Of a stretch of DNA of 64,000 bases, positions 40,341 to 54,843 are shown in pieces. Source of the DNA: Octopus vulgaris (Eukaryota); assembly GCA_951406725.2 (NCBI GenBank), contig OX597814.1, forward strand, positions 73,098,001-73,162,000, read 5' to 3'. Position 1 is the first letter of the stretch. Every line of letters begins with the position of its first letter. Under the pieces are notes generated by a model that saw nothing but the letters and a program-made list of their open reading frames with translations, was not told the DNA's origin and did no database searches. Made by a program: the position numbers and the translations under genes.

Positions 40341-43300
40341 CTTTAAAACAATTTTTGAAAAATTTATAGAGAATTGCATTTATATTTGAATGTAAAAATA
40401 CAAGAAAATCACTCTCAACAATAACCAAAAATGTAGTAATACACACAAATGTAATGCATAATTAATGTTAACAGAGTAATAGCTTCAAAAAGATAAATTT
40501 GAATGCTCTTGTTCTTTTTGTTCAGTGAATAGCGTAAGCAAATGCCTTACTTAACTTTCTATCATATTTATTAACTGGGAAATGCAAGTAGAAATAGCAG
40601 CCTTAAAGTCATTGCCATTTAACTCCAGGTTAATCTTGATGAAACAAACCTATGCTCAAAGTTGTTTCCGCCATAACAATTCTGTCTTTCCTTTTTCATA
40701 GGTACCCTCCCTTAAAAAAAAAAAATGGGTGTAATATGAGTGAAATATGACGTGATTTCAAGTGGGTTAAGGAGCCATGCAGAGGCTTCCTCTGTAGCCG
40801 TATTGATTCAATGTCCATATTTTGATTTTTTTAAAAATCGTTTGAAAATGTGTTCAAAATAAAAGTATTGCACCTGGTTTATATATTTTATTTGTAAGAA
40901 AAATCACAGTTCCTCTAAATAGCCAGCATGCTCTATAGTCCCCCTTTCATAATTGCCACCAAACTAATAGCTGACAATGTGTCTAAGGGAGTGCTATTGC
41001 CCAAGTGATCTTGTTGGCTCTAAATGTATAGAAATAAGACATTTCAATAAATAAACAAGTGAAATAAAAATTAAATTTAAAAAGAAAGCTTGGTTCTTTT
41101 CCTTTTGAACAGCACTTTTCAACACAATTTCTAGTTAACTAAACACTTTTAAACTTCGCATACTGGTAGAATGTGTCAAAATAAAACATTTTTTTGTCTT
41201 GGCTTTCTTGAGAAAATTTTAATTCGTTTGTTTAACGTAGTTTAATTTTTCGAATTTTAACCAATGAATCGCCTCTAATGAGCTAAAATCATTTGCTGCG
41301 TCTAAAACTGAGAAAACATCCTGTCACTAACCCTAACCCTCACCCTAACCTTAAATTTTAGCCTTTCAGGGTTTTTTTTTTTCTTAATTGTTACGTGTGT
41401 ATCTAAAATTATTCGTTTTGTTTTTGTTTTGAGTTTTTGCCTTCGTTTTAGCCTTTCGTTATGTATACGTACGGAAAGCGTGTGTATAAAATTATAGAAT
41501 TATTTTGTTTGTTAATTGTTTAAATTATTTTCCATTGCTTTCGTTTTAGCCTTTCATTTTTTTTTCTTAATTGTTATTCTTAAATTAATTTAACAAAAAA
41601 AAAAAATGAAAGGCTAAAATTTAGGGTGAGGGTGAGGGTTAGTGACAGGATGTTGTCTCAGTTTTAGACGCAGCACATGATTTTAGCTCACTAGAGGCAA
41701 TTGATTGGTTAAAATTCGAAAAATTAAACTACGTTAAACTTACAAATTATAATTTTCTCAAGAAAGCCAAGACAAAAAAATGTTTTATTTTGACACATTC
41801 TACCAGTATACGAAGTTTAAAAGTGTTTAGTTAACTAGATATTGTGTTGAAAAGTGCCGTTCAAAAGGAAAAGATCCGAAAGCTTTACTGTTATAGTGTC
41901 GAGAAGTTTTTCAAGTTCATAGAAAGTTTGACTTACAAATGTAATTATCAACTCAAACTCTAACAGAAATATAACTCGATTTATTTACAAATGCAAACGG
42001 AAAATTTAAAAGAAGGTAGGTTACTTTTGATTTCATAGTATACCTAAAGTTACTTCCCTTGTTTCCTAAATAAATAAATAAATAAGAACATCCAAATGGT
42101 AACTTACTTAGAGAAGAGTTCATTAAATGCTTGATTTTTTTCTTTGAGCGTTTCCTTCAGTTGCATTAACTGATGGCCTGAATTCCTGAAAACAATTAAA
42201 AGGTAACAATCGGGACATTCACTCTTATTCATGTATATTTTTTCCTTTTTTTTCTGTTTTATACTTTATTTTTTATATAAATAATTCAGCTCACTCAATC
42301 TTTCTTCAGGAATATATGAAAACCTTGCTACAAAAATTGAGTAAATTGAAAAAAAAAAAAAATTAGAGATGGAAAGTTTTAATTGCGTATTTACCTTGAT
42401 CAACCTAAGTCACTGGTTAAGTAAAATATCTTATCAGTTATTATTTTTTAATTAGTTTTTGGTCTCCATTTATTTTTCTAAATTTTCTCCAGGAATTCTG
42501 ACAACAATATCTTTGTCAAACAGGGAAACATTAAACTGCTGCTATATAAATAATCACTCTGACAATGACAATAATTCTTACTTTGGAAATTGGATTCTTC
42601 TGAATAAATGAAGCATTTGACTAGGTTTTTGTCTTATTCTAAATCTGATGTATCTTACTGTCAAGAAACCCAAAAGACAATTTAGTTGAAACAAATTACA
42701 TATCACCATATCAATACTCCAAATTATATATTTTCTTTTGATCATCACCATTACTACGAAGTTTAAATCCTTTTGACACCACCCACCTGAAACCGCCTCT
42801 GGCTCTGTAGTACAAATGACTTGTTTTCAAAAGTTCTGAATTAAAATCTTCCACCAAACCTTAGTCACAATTTATGATCCTAATACTAGCTTAATTACAA
42901 CTAAGTTATTTTACTAAATTCCTTGTTATATTTAAAATTAACTGAAAGAAACACAAAACATCTCAACAGAAATATGGTAACAAAAGAGTTAACAATATGT
43001 TGAAGTTTATTCAAATTTTAAAGAGTTGAACAACAACTTCCCTCCTGAATAGGCTTTAGCATTTAAACTGGCTGTATCTAGCCCTAATATTCTACTTGTT
43101 TCCTGTTCAAACTGTCAAGATATGGCCTCTTATAATCTACCTTACACTGTCATTCTGAAAATAAACAATCGCATCAACAAAATCACAAAGCTACAGTATT
43201 AAATTTCACAGAGTAATCTGAATGCAAAAGGGTTAATCTGTCATTTCTTTGCAACCTATTCTACACTGACATTGGTTCACAAAAACTTTTAGATATTTGC

Positions 43301-46300
43301 ATAGTTACTACCATAATTGCACTTTTATACTCATTTCTGACTCTGAAATAATGAATTAAATATTTATGGGAGGAAGTACAAATTAAACACTGTATAATTT
43401 AGTTTTTGGTTACTTATCTAGTTTTATCAGCTTTAAATGTATATAAGATTAATTTGAATTAAAACCTAAACCAGAGAATTGTAGCTGGCTGAATTAGAAG
43501 CTGACCAACCTGTCAGTTAGATGGCTTATAGGTTACATTCTATCATCAATGCTATAATATATACCTGATAAAGAAGGTGGTGGGCTGGCAGAATCATTAG
43601 CAAGCTGGGCAAAATGCTTAGCAGCATTTCGTTCGACTATCTATGTTCCCAGTTCAAATTTTATCAAAGTCGACTTTGCCTTTTATACTTTCAAGGTCAA
43701 TTAAATATGTACCAATTGAGCACGAGGGTCAGTGTAAATGACTAACCCCTTCCTTCAAAATTACTGGTCTTGTGCCAAAATTTGAAACCTATATATACCT
43801 GATAAAATTTTTTAACGTATCAATCCGCCTAACGTTTGAATATAAATTTGTTACTTCCATCACTTGATAACTTGAAAACTAGAATTTGCTATCCTGCTGA
43901 GGTTAACTTTGTCTTCCATCCTTTCAAGATCAATAAAGTAAAGTACTTAAGGTGGTAAGCTGGTAGAATTGTTAGCATGCTGAGCAAAAGGCTTAGCAGC
44001 AGTTCAAATTCTGCTGAGGCTGACTTTACCTTTCATCATTTCAGGGTCAATAAAATAAGTACCAGTCAAGCACTGGGGGCAATGTAATCAATTAGGCCCT
44101 CCACCAAACTTTGCTGGCCTTGTGCCAAAAACTTGAAACCAATAAACTAAAGTACCAGTGAAATATTGGCATTGATGTAATCAAGAAGCCCTGTCCCTTA
44201 AAAATTGCTGGCCTTGTATCAGAATTTGAAAGAATTATTATAGTCCAAAGGTTATAAGCAGTTACTTTTTGTTAAAAATCTCTAGATCAGAAGTTAGCAA
44301 GGGAGGTGGGGAAGAAAAAGAGAAAGAAATGAGAAAAAAAAAACAAGTTGAATTACCTTTTTTCATGATTTAAGTATTCTTGTGTGCAGGATAATTTGTC
44401 CATCAAATTTAATACCTGTATAAAAATAATGGCTATATAAGGATGGATTAAGCCAGATTCCACCAATAGTTCATTTCAACAATGAAAAATAAACTCCAAA
44501 GGGAAAAATAGTACTGCACAATTCTACATATAATACATTCACCAAAATAAAAATTAGGGACGTCTATAATACATGATATTAGGGCAATGTTTTTCCACTC
44601 AATTTTATTAAGGAAAAAACTTAATGTAATAAAGCTTTATCATTTTGAAAATTATTATTTTTATTATAGATCAATTTATCTTTATATAAAATGAAATATT
44701 AAACAATATATTGCATTATAGTAGATTGTCTGCTTATGTAATTGTTGTATCTTCCATCTCCAATGTTGTGGTACCGACATGATATTGTGACAGATGGTTT
44801 AGATGTAACAATAGACAAAATAACAATACAGCCATAATAACAATGTAACACTCCAACAATCTTTTCAGGGAACTCACTACACACACAAACTTCACTCTTA
44901 CAGCTACTATTTATAATTACTTGTTCCAATGTATTTCTTGCAAGGGGGCATCGTGACTCTCATCACAACATCTCCCCCTTTGAGATTTTGACTTCCATAA
45001 GAAGTGAATTTTATTTTATTTTTCCTTTTTCCAGCACCTCGCCTTCTTTAATTTTTTTTGCAAATTTAATATCTTTTTCATTTTGGCATCATTTCTAAGT
45101 GTTATTTCTAAGGCGGTGTGCTGGCAGATTTGTTAGTGCATCAGGCGAAATGCTTGGCATTTTTCCGTCTGCTATGTTCTGAGTTCAAGTTCCGCTGAGG
45201 TCGATTTTGCCTTCCATCCTTTCAGGGTTGATAAATTAAGTACCAGTGAGACACTGGGGTCGATGTGATCAACTAGTCCCCTCCCCACAAATTCGAGACC
45301 TTGTGCCTCCAGTAGAAAGGATTATTTCTAAGTATACAGTCTGTTTACGTTTTTCTTGCGATGCAAATGATCTTATGATTTGCAATACAACTTCAGGAAA
45401 CCTGCCCGTCACCTAGTCACCTACCATTCTGGCAGACACACTAGCCAAACTGACTATATCCTTGCCAGAAAAAGGGAAAGAGGACTGCTTATAAATACCA
45501 AAACCTTCCCAGGTGAAGAATGTACTCCTCAACATAGATTAGTAGTTAGCAACTCCAGGATCAGGGCTGAATGGATGCCCAGAAGAAGACTAGCCTGGAG
45601 GAGAGGGGTCTGGAAACTTAAAGATCCTGCAAATGGGCAGAAATTTAGAAACGTATTACTCGAAGCTTTTGATGAAATAGAAGGGGATATAGCATCACAT
45701 AATGTGGAAGACAACTGGAGGTTTCTACGGGACAACCTGCTGAGAGCCACTGACCAGATCTGTGGCTGGTGCAAAGTCCCCACTCGACCCAAGGTAACGT
45801 GGTGGTGGAACAATGTGGTTGACAGGGCTATTAGACAAAAGAAACAGGCTTGGAAGGACTGGAAGAATGGAGGTAGCAGGGAACTGTATCAGACTGCCAG
45901 AAGGGAAGCTAGGAGACAGGTTTATTTAGCCAGAGGGGAAGCAGATAAGAAAAAATTTGCCAATGTTCTGCGCAGAGAGGACCAAAGACTTGAGGTATTT
46001 CGTGTTGCAAGACAGTGTGTGAGAGAGAATCGTGATGTGGTAGGAGAGAAATGTGTTCGCATGGATGATGGTTCACTTGCACTAAATGAGGATGCAAAGA
46101 GAGAGGTTTGGAGACGCCACTATGAAAGGTTGCTGAATAAAGAAAATGAATGGGATAAAGAGAGTCTGCCGAATGTCAACCCAACAGAGGGACCAGCTAT
46201 CCGAGTTGACAGTTCTTTGGTAGTTAAGGCAATTGGAAGCATGAAGACAGGGAAAGCCCCAGGCCCATCAGGAATTACTGCAGAGATGCTCAAAATATCT

Positions 46301-49300
46301 GGCAGTGTCGGCTATAGCCTAGTCACCCATATAGTTAACCAGGTGATACACGAAGGAGTCATACCCAATGACTGGCGTAGCAGCATAATAGTCAACTGCT
46401 ACAAAGGTAAAGGTAATGTCCTAGATACAAATAATTACAGAGGTATCAAGCTGTTGGATCAGGTAATGAAGGTTAGGGAGAGAGTCAACTTGGACGAGAT
46501 GCAGTGTGGTTTCGTGCCATATTTCTGGTGAGACAATTGCAGGAGAAATACCTAGCCAAAGATAAGCCCCTGTACTTGGCTTTCATTGACATGGAGAAAG
46601 CCTTTGACAGGGTCCCCCGATCCCTTATCTGGTGGTCAATGAGGAAACTAGGGATAGATGAATGGTTAGTGAGAGCTGTGCAAGCCATGTACAGGGACGC
46701 TGTAAGTAAGGTAAGGGTTGGCAACATGTACACTGACGAATTCAAGGTAGAGGTTGGGGTCCACCAGGGTTCAGTCCTCAGCCCCCTCCTATTTATCATA
46801 GTCCTCCAGGAAATTACAGAGGAATTCAAGACAGGATGCCCCTGGGAGCTCCTCTATGCTGACGACCTTGCTCTAATTGCTGAGTCACTATCAGAACTGG
46901 AGGAGAAGTTTCAGGTGTGGAAGGAAGGATTAGAATCGAAGGGCCTTAGAGTCAACCTAGCTAAAACAAAAGTCCTAATAAGTAGGAAGGTAGACAAACC
47001 ACAAACGCCTTCAGGTAGATGGCCCTGCTCGATCTGTAGAAAAGGTGTAGGTAGAAACTCTATAAGATGTACCCAGTGTAAGCTATGGACACATAAGAGG
47101 TGCAGCAATGTCAAAGGAAGGCTAACTGGGAAGATAGTTTTTGTATGTGGCAGATGCTTAGGAGCAATAAACATTGAAAATCTGCAGTAAACAACTTCCG
47201 TCACTTTCCAGGGAAAAAAACTAGAAGTAGTTGATAGCTTCTGTTACCTAGGTGACCAAGTCAGTAGCGGGGGTGGGTGTGCTGAAAATGTAACTGCTAG
47301 AGTAAGAATAGTCTGGGCAAAGTTCAGGGAGCTCTTACCTCTGCTGGTGACTAAAGGCCTCTCGCTCAGAGTAAAAGGCAGACTGTATGATGCATGTGTA
47401 TGAACAGCCATGCTACATGGCAATGAAACATGGGCCGTGACTGCTGAGGACATGCGTAAGCTCACGAGGAATGAAGCCAGTATGCTCCGATGGATGTGTA
47501 ATGTCAGTGTACATACTCGACAGATTGTAAGTACCTTGAGAGAATAGTTGGGCCTAAGAAGCATCAGCTGTGGTGTGCAAGAGAGACGATTGCGCTGGTA
47601 TGGTCATGTGGCAAGAATGGATGAAGATAGGTGTGTGAAAAAGTACCAATCCCTAGCAGTTGAGGGAACCCATGGAAGAGGTAGACCCAGGAAAACCTGG
47701 GACGAAGTGGTGAAGCATGACCTTCGAACTTTAGGCCTCACCGAGGCAATGACTAGTGACCGAGACCTTTGGAAATATGCTGTGCGTGAGAAGACCTAGC
47801 AGGACAAGTGAGTCCATCCCGTGTCCCTTGCTAGGGATGTAGCCAGCCCACTTATTCATGCCTTTCCTTCCTTGGACACACGAAGACCTGTTGCGGCAAG
47901 CGAAGTCGAAATCGAACCTCATCTGACGACAGGCACCCATGCCAACCTCCCTTCATTAGACACTAAACTCTGCTTGTGAAGACCTGTTGAGGCAAGTGAA
48001 ATCGGAATCGAAATTGAACCAATCCTATGACTGGCACCCGGCAGTTGCCAGGGCCGCTGGACTGACTCCTGTGCAGGTAGCAAGTAAAGAAACACAGTTT
48101 CGACTCTGTACTTGAGGAGATCCATTGAGTCAAATACATCAACATCAAAAATCAATGGAAACTGCAGTTGTGATCCCTGTGCCGGTGGCACGTAAAAAGC
48201 ACCATCCGAACGTGGCCGATGCCAGCACCGCCTAGACTGGCTTCCGTGCCAGTGGCACGTAAAAAGCACCATCCGAACGTGGTCGATACCAGCACCACCT
48301 AGACTGGCTTCCATGCCTGTGGCATGTAAAAAGCACCATCCAAACGTGATTGATGCCAGCGCCACCTTGACTGGCTTCCGTGCCAGTGGCATGTAAAAAG
48401 CACCAATCTGATCGTGGCCGTTGCCAGCCTTGCCTGGCGCCTGTGCTGGTGGCACGTAAAAAGCACCCACTACACTCACGGAGTGGTTGGCATTAGGAAG
48501 GGCATCCAGCTTTAGAAACACTGCCAGATCAGACTGGAGCCTGGTGCAGCCTTCTGGCTTCTCAGATTCCCGTTCGAACCGTCCAACCCATGCTAGCATG
48601 CAGAACGGATATTAAACAATGATGATGATGATGATGACTGCTGCTTCTTCGAGGCTCAATCTCTTTTGGTGCTGGCACCTCAAACATGTCATAGCAGACT
48701 TCCATTGGTATTTTCTTTCGTTTTTCAGTATGTCTTGTCTTTAATTGGTTTAGGTGTCTCTTATGTTCCCATGTTGTCCTTTAATTACATACGTCATGTT
48801 TCCTAATCTTTTAGTTACAAAACCATCCTACCAGCCTTCTTTACCATTTTTGTAAACTTTAAAATGGACTTTATCTCCTACTTCAAAATGTTTTATTGCC
48901 TTTTCTATATTTCCTTTAAATATATTTTTTTCCTGGCAATAATTTATTGAAGATCAATTTTATTTTTTGCGCAAACATTACCTCTACTGGAGACTTTCCT
49001 AAACTGATATTTGGATTGGGCATTAATCTATATACCCCGAAGAATTTCGTTAAAGCCTCGTCATTTCCTACGTCATACCTTGCTTTTTTTAACACTCGCT
49101 TGACAGTATCAATGAATTTTTCTACTTCCTGTTTGACCTTGGGTAGAAGAGCCGGGTAAAAATATGCTTTATAGCATGTATTTTGTAGAAAGTTTTGAAT
49201 TCACAACCTGTAAATTGTTTTCCATTATTTGATACTAACATGTCTGAAACATCGTATCAGGCAAATAATTCATACAGGAACTTTATTGTTGTCTTTGTGT

Positions 49301-52300
49301 TTGGTTTATTGCACCTGCATATCTCTGTCCATTTTGTACCTCTATCAACAACAATTAGATAGTATGCACCATTCACCAGTCCAGCGTAGTCAACATGTAC
49401 CCTGGAACATGAACTATCCATCTCAAGCCATGATTGGTATTTCACTGGTGGTGCCTTAGCTGCTAGTGCACACCCCCTAGAAGATTTTACTATATTTTCA
49501 ATGTCCCAGTCCAATGATGGCCAATATACATAGCCCCTCATTCCCAGGAGTCCACTGTGGAATTTCTGCAGTACTTGTTTCTGTAGAGCAGTTGGTACTA
49601 CCACTCCTTGTGTGTACATTAAAACATCATCACATAGTGAAAAATTATTTCAATTTGTATTTTTATTTTGCTTATTTTTCAACATTTCTTTCATACTTGA
49701 AATGTAATTATCTTCTGTGGATTTCATTTTTATATCATGTGCTTTCACTGGCAGTTCGTGAATTACGCATAATACTTTTTATTTTATTTTCTGACCGCAA
49801 TGAGGCCATCAGCTCTGCATTTTGAGAAATTAGTCTCAGTAAACAGTTCGCATGACCAATTTTTTTTGACAGAATATATTGCAAAATAAAATTTAAGTTT
49901 AGCAATATTGTACTCTGGCATTGTAGTGGGTTCGCTGTATGGGTAGACAATTCCTTTTCTGACCCAAAAATTGATGGTAATGGTTGATGGTTGGTTTGTA
50001 GCCAAAAACTTCTAGCATGTAGAAAATTGTTAAATTTTTTTATCACAAAAATAATCAATAGAGCCTCCTTCTCTATCTGACTATACTTTTTCCCTGATGC
50101 TAACAGCAAATGTGAAGCATGAACTACTGGCTTCATATTTCCATCTTTATATTTGTGTAGCAAGACTGCTTCTATTCCATAATCCGAAGCATCTGAAGCT
50201 ACAACCATGTCTGTTTCAGGATTGAAATGGGCTAGTGACAAATTAGAAATTAGTATTTTTTTTCTATCTCTTTGAATGCATTTTGACACTTTACCAATTA
50301 ATTCCATTTTACTTCTTTTTTTCAGTAAATCATTTAATGGTACACTCAATTTATGCATGTTAGGAATGTAATTTTGATAGTAAATTACTAGCCCAAAGAA
50401 AGCTTGTAATGTCACAATGTTATGTGGGGGAGGCATATCTTTAATGTTATTTGCCCTCGACAGGCCAGGACGTCTTCCATTTTTATCAATAATTTGTCCT
50501 AAGTATTTGATGTTTGGCAAAAAGAACTCACATTTCTCCTTGCTCAGAGTGAACCAGTAGTCCCTTATTTTTTCAAACACAGTTTTTATATGCTCAACAT
50601 GCTGATCATGCGAATTACTTTTAATGAATATGTCATCCAGGTATGGAGTTGCAAACTAACAGTCCACCAACATCACATCCATAACCTGTTGAAATATTCC
50701 AGATGAGACCTTCTCATCAGTTTGAGATTGGTGTCCTTGTGAACAAAGTATTTATTTTGAGAGGTCAATCCATGGATATCATTCACAACATTAACATGAC
50801 TGGCCTTGATCATGTTAACATAGTTGATGCTACAATACAATTTTGCACACTGTATATTTGGTTGAAGTTTGCATTTTACAACTTGATGTTGATTCTATCA
50901 ACAACTAAAAGAACAGACTGGATATATTTGGAAAAAGAAGAATTCTTTCTTTATCAATTTACCAGTCACTTTCATTATAGTTAAAGAACCTTGTCTGACA
51001 GAGAAATATACCTGTAGTAGTAGGATGAGACCTGAGAATGTTGGAATCCATAGATAGGATCCATTGCACAGAATATAGCGAAATGGTAATGCATCATATT
51101 ACAGTCCTGCCTAACCTATATTAGCATGGAAAAATGAATACATCACTATTGTTGCTAAATATATAAGAGAGGTAAATAAAAATTACCTGCTTTTTATTTT
51201 CTGATTCTAGATGTCGATACTGCTTACACAAAATATGTGTTTTATGTTTACAGTTGGTTTTCATAAGCTGAAGCTTCTGATTGCACTGAAGAGAAGACTC
51301 TACAATATAAATTAAAAATGGATTGAATATTTCTATTATAAAACTATTGGAATTGTCTTATCATTGTCCTATCATTATTAAAAACATCAAGTTGTCTCAT
51401 CATTATTAGAAACTCCATAAGATGTACCTGGTGTAAGTTATGGACACATAAGAGGTGCAGCAATATCAGAGGAAGGTTATCAGGGAAAATAGCTTTTGTA
51501 TGTGGAAGGTGTACAGGTATAGTTAACACTAAAATGTACAGAAAATAGATTCCATCAAATGCCAGGGGGAAAACTAAAAGTAGTCAATAGTCTCCGTTAC
51601 CTAGGTGACCAGGTCAGTAATGGGGATGGATGCTCCGAGAATAGCTGCTAGAATACGAATAGGCTGGGCAAAATTCAGAGAGCTCCTACCTCTGCTGGTA
51701 ACAAAGGGCCTCTAGCTCAGAGTGAAAAGAAGACTGTATGATGCCTGTGTGCGAACAGCTATGCTACACATCAGTGAAACATGGGCTGTGACTGCTGAGG
51801 ACATGCGTAGGCTTGTAAGAAACGAAGCTAGTATGCTTCACTGGATGTGTAATGTCAGTGTGCATGTAGGACAGAGCGTAAGTGTCCTGAGAGAAAAGTT
51901 GGGCAAAAGAGGCATTAGATATGGTGTGCAAGAGAGATGACTGTGCTGGTATGGTCATGTGATGCGTATGGACAAGGACAGTTGAGTGAAGAAGTGTCGC
52001 ACTCTAGTGGTGGAGGAAACCTGTGGAAGAGGTAGACCCAGGAAGACATGGGACAAGGTGGTGAAGCACAATCTCTGAATGTTGGGTGTCATGGAGGCAA
52101 TGACAATTGACTGAGACCTTTGGCTATATGCTGTGTGCAAGAAGAGCCATCAAGCCAAGTGAGATCATAATTGTGGCCGATGCTGGTTGTCATGTAACTG
52201 GCCCATTAAAAGCACTCTTCAATTGTTAGGCAATATGTTGTGCTTGTGAAGACCTGTCGAGCCAAGTGAAATCATAGTCGAGGCCAATGCCAGTGCTGTC

Positions 52301-54798
52301 TGACTGACACCTGTGCAGCAGTGATAGGTGACTGAGACCTTTGGAGATATACCATGCTGTGAAGACCTATCAAACCAAATAAGACCATAGTCATGGTTGA
52401 TGTCAGTGTCAGGTCAATGGCACCTATGCCAGTGGCACATAAAAAACACACACTACACTCTTGGAGTGGTTGGCATTAGGAAGGGCATCCAGCTGTAGAA
52501 ATCTTGCCAAATCAGATCAGAATCTGGTGCAACTCCCTGGCTTACCAGTTTTCAGTCAAACCGTCCAACCCATGCCAGCATGGAAAGTGAACATTAAATG
52601 ACGATGATGATTGTAAAGACACTTGTAGGAATACGACCGTATGTGAGGAGGTTGGTGACATAGGTCTCCTTTTGTAAGCCACACAGCCGCATCCCTAACA
52701 AAATAGGATAAGCCATAATACAATTTATACAATACAGTGCCAACAGAATATAAATGAATGAGGATAAGCCGTTCCACTGTTTGAGAGAAGATAAGATTTT
52801 ATTTACAAGGTGTTGAGGTTAGAGGGTTGTGAGTGCTAGCAAGTGTTGTGTATGTGTGCATGCAACAAGTGTTTGTATCTGTGTGTTCGTGTGTGTGACA
52901 GATACAAATAAGGTGAATGTGTATGACACAGAAATACAGAGCATAGAGTTAATGATGGAATTTGGATTACCAGTTCATAAGGTACACGATATGCAAGAGT
53001 TCTATAACAAGATGTTGTGGACATGAGGCAGAGGCCGGTTGGGCACATGTCGTGCAGCGGTTGGAGCTTCAATGCCGTGCCGAGTCTCTTAATACAGAAT
53101 TTCTTCATTGGAAGGACTGTTACACGTGGTGAAAGGATTCACTCTAACAGCGCTAGTAAAACTGGTCGTGTTGGTGAGTACATGTCTGAAGTTGATGGTG
53201 GTAATGGCGACGATGGTGGAGACGACTTGAAGTTGGTACAATGATGGTGACGACAGCGGCAGAGATAGAAGACGTTTTGTTGCAGGTGTACATTAGCATC
53301 GTCGTAGCTGAAGCAGGAGCATGGCTGGTCTTCTGTCGCTGGAACTGGAAGATGTTGAGTAGCTCTGTGGTCAGTGACTAAACCTCAAAAGGTCTGAAGT
53401 CGAAAGACCAAGTATACTGAGAGCAATCCCTTATATACAGGAGAGATGGCTCAACAGAGCCTAGGAAAAAGGGTGTCACGAGACCTTAACCAAAGGCCGT
53501 GATTGGTTGGCTTTGGACAGTGGCGCGAAATAAGTAGAGACAAACTGCACCACATGTCAACCAATCAGATCAGTGGACACAACAGGAACAAACCAGCCAA
53601 AGATGGCTGTAATCTCAAACGAGATCATTCCTGCTGTGTCTCTCAAACAGTGAGGATATCAGATACTGCTACACACATCTTTAACATTTGTACAATTTGA
53701 ATATGAAGTATTTATCTAAGTTTAGTCATTAATCTTATATCTGTTTCACTTTTTTTTATCAAGTGCTAGGCACAGCTGAAATAAAACTAAATCATAACAA
53801 CTAACTGGAAGTTTCCTTATTTTCTCAGTAGCAATCTTTGATATTTTTTCTTGCTGGGACAGAAATGTTCTTGCAAATAATAGTTGCTCTCTTATTTGTA
53901 ATAGATTTGTTATAGTTTATTGCCAAACTATTTCAAGTTCAAGCCCCATAAATGAAGATTATTTTCCATCTTATCATTCTGAAGACAAATAAAATAAGTT
54001 GCAGTAAGATACAGGGGTTGGGTGCTGGTGAAGACCTTCCAGCCTTCTGCTGGCATATCTTTGTTGTTTTACTTGGTGAAGTGTGGACAGGCACAAAACT
54101 TACAACTACATGGGCATCTAAAACCATGGTATATACTGATTGTAAGTCATTCCTGATAGCATGTGAAGGCTGTATTACTGTTGCACATATTCCTGTGCAC
54201 CTCAGTTCACTTAACTGTTGGAAACAGATACCTGCATCCCAAGCTTAGGAAGATATATTTACCATCAGCTTATTACTATAAAATCAAGCTCCAGGTAGTG
54301 GCTCTAAAAAGCTCTTTGAAACTTTTTTCTAAGAAATTTTTCTAAGTGTATCAACATATGTGTTTAATCAAATTTACATAAATAAATACATATTTATGGA
54401 TATATATTTATCCATAAACATATATGGATAAATATACATAATATTCATTTTCCGAAAATAAGACGCTCCAATACATCTTTTGTATCTCATTCATATATTT
54501 AATACAATAATTATATCTCTGAAATAATTTCCAATTATTATTTTTTAAATAGTGAAATCAAAGAATATTTATACATACCAATGGAGCAAACAATGTCACA
54601 AGGAATGTCGTTACCAGCTAAGTCTATTTTTAACAAGGTTTTATTAACACGAAGAAGATCAAGCAGGGCACGCCCACCTGTTAAACCAACTTTATTCCAT
54701 TTTAAATCTGAAAAGGTGTTAGTAGATGATTATATATTCATATAATACATTTCAAAAGATAACTATTTGGTTCTTTTCAACAATTTATTATTATTATC

Positions 54799-54843
<45 letters not shown>

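Noticed and set aside
41326-41645. Interstitial telomere
   Set aside because: Only 3-4 imperfect units, symmetric within transposon TIRs.
48178-48470. CRISPR-like repeat-spacer appearance
   Set aside because: The linkers are homologous to each other, the array is part of RTE 3' UTRs, the context is eukaryotic and there are no cas genes.
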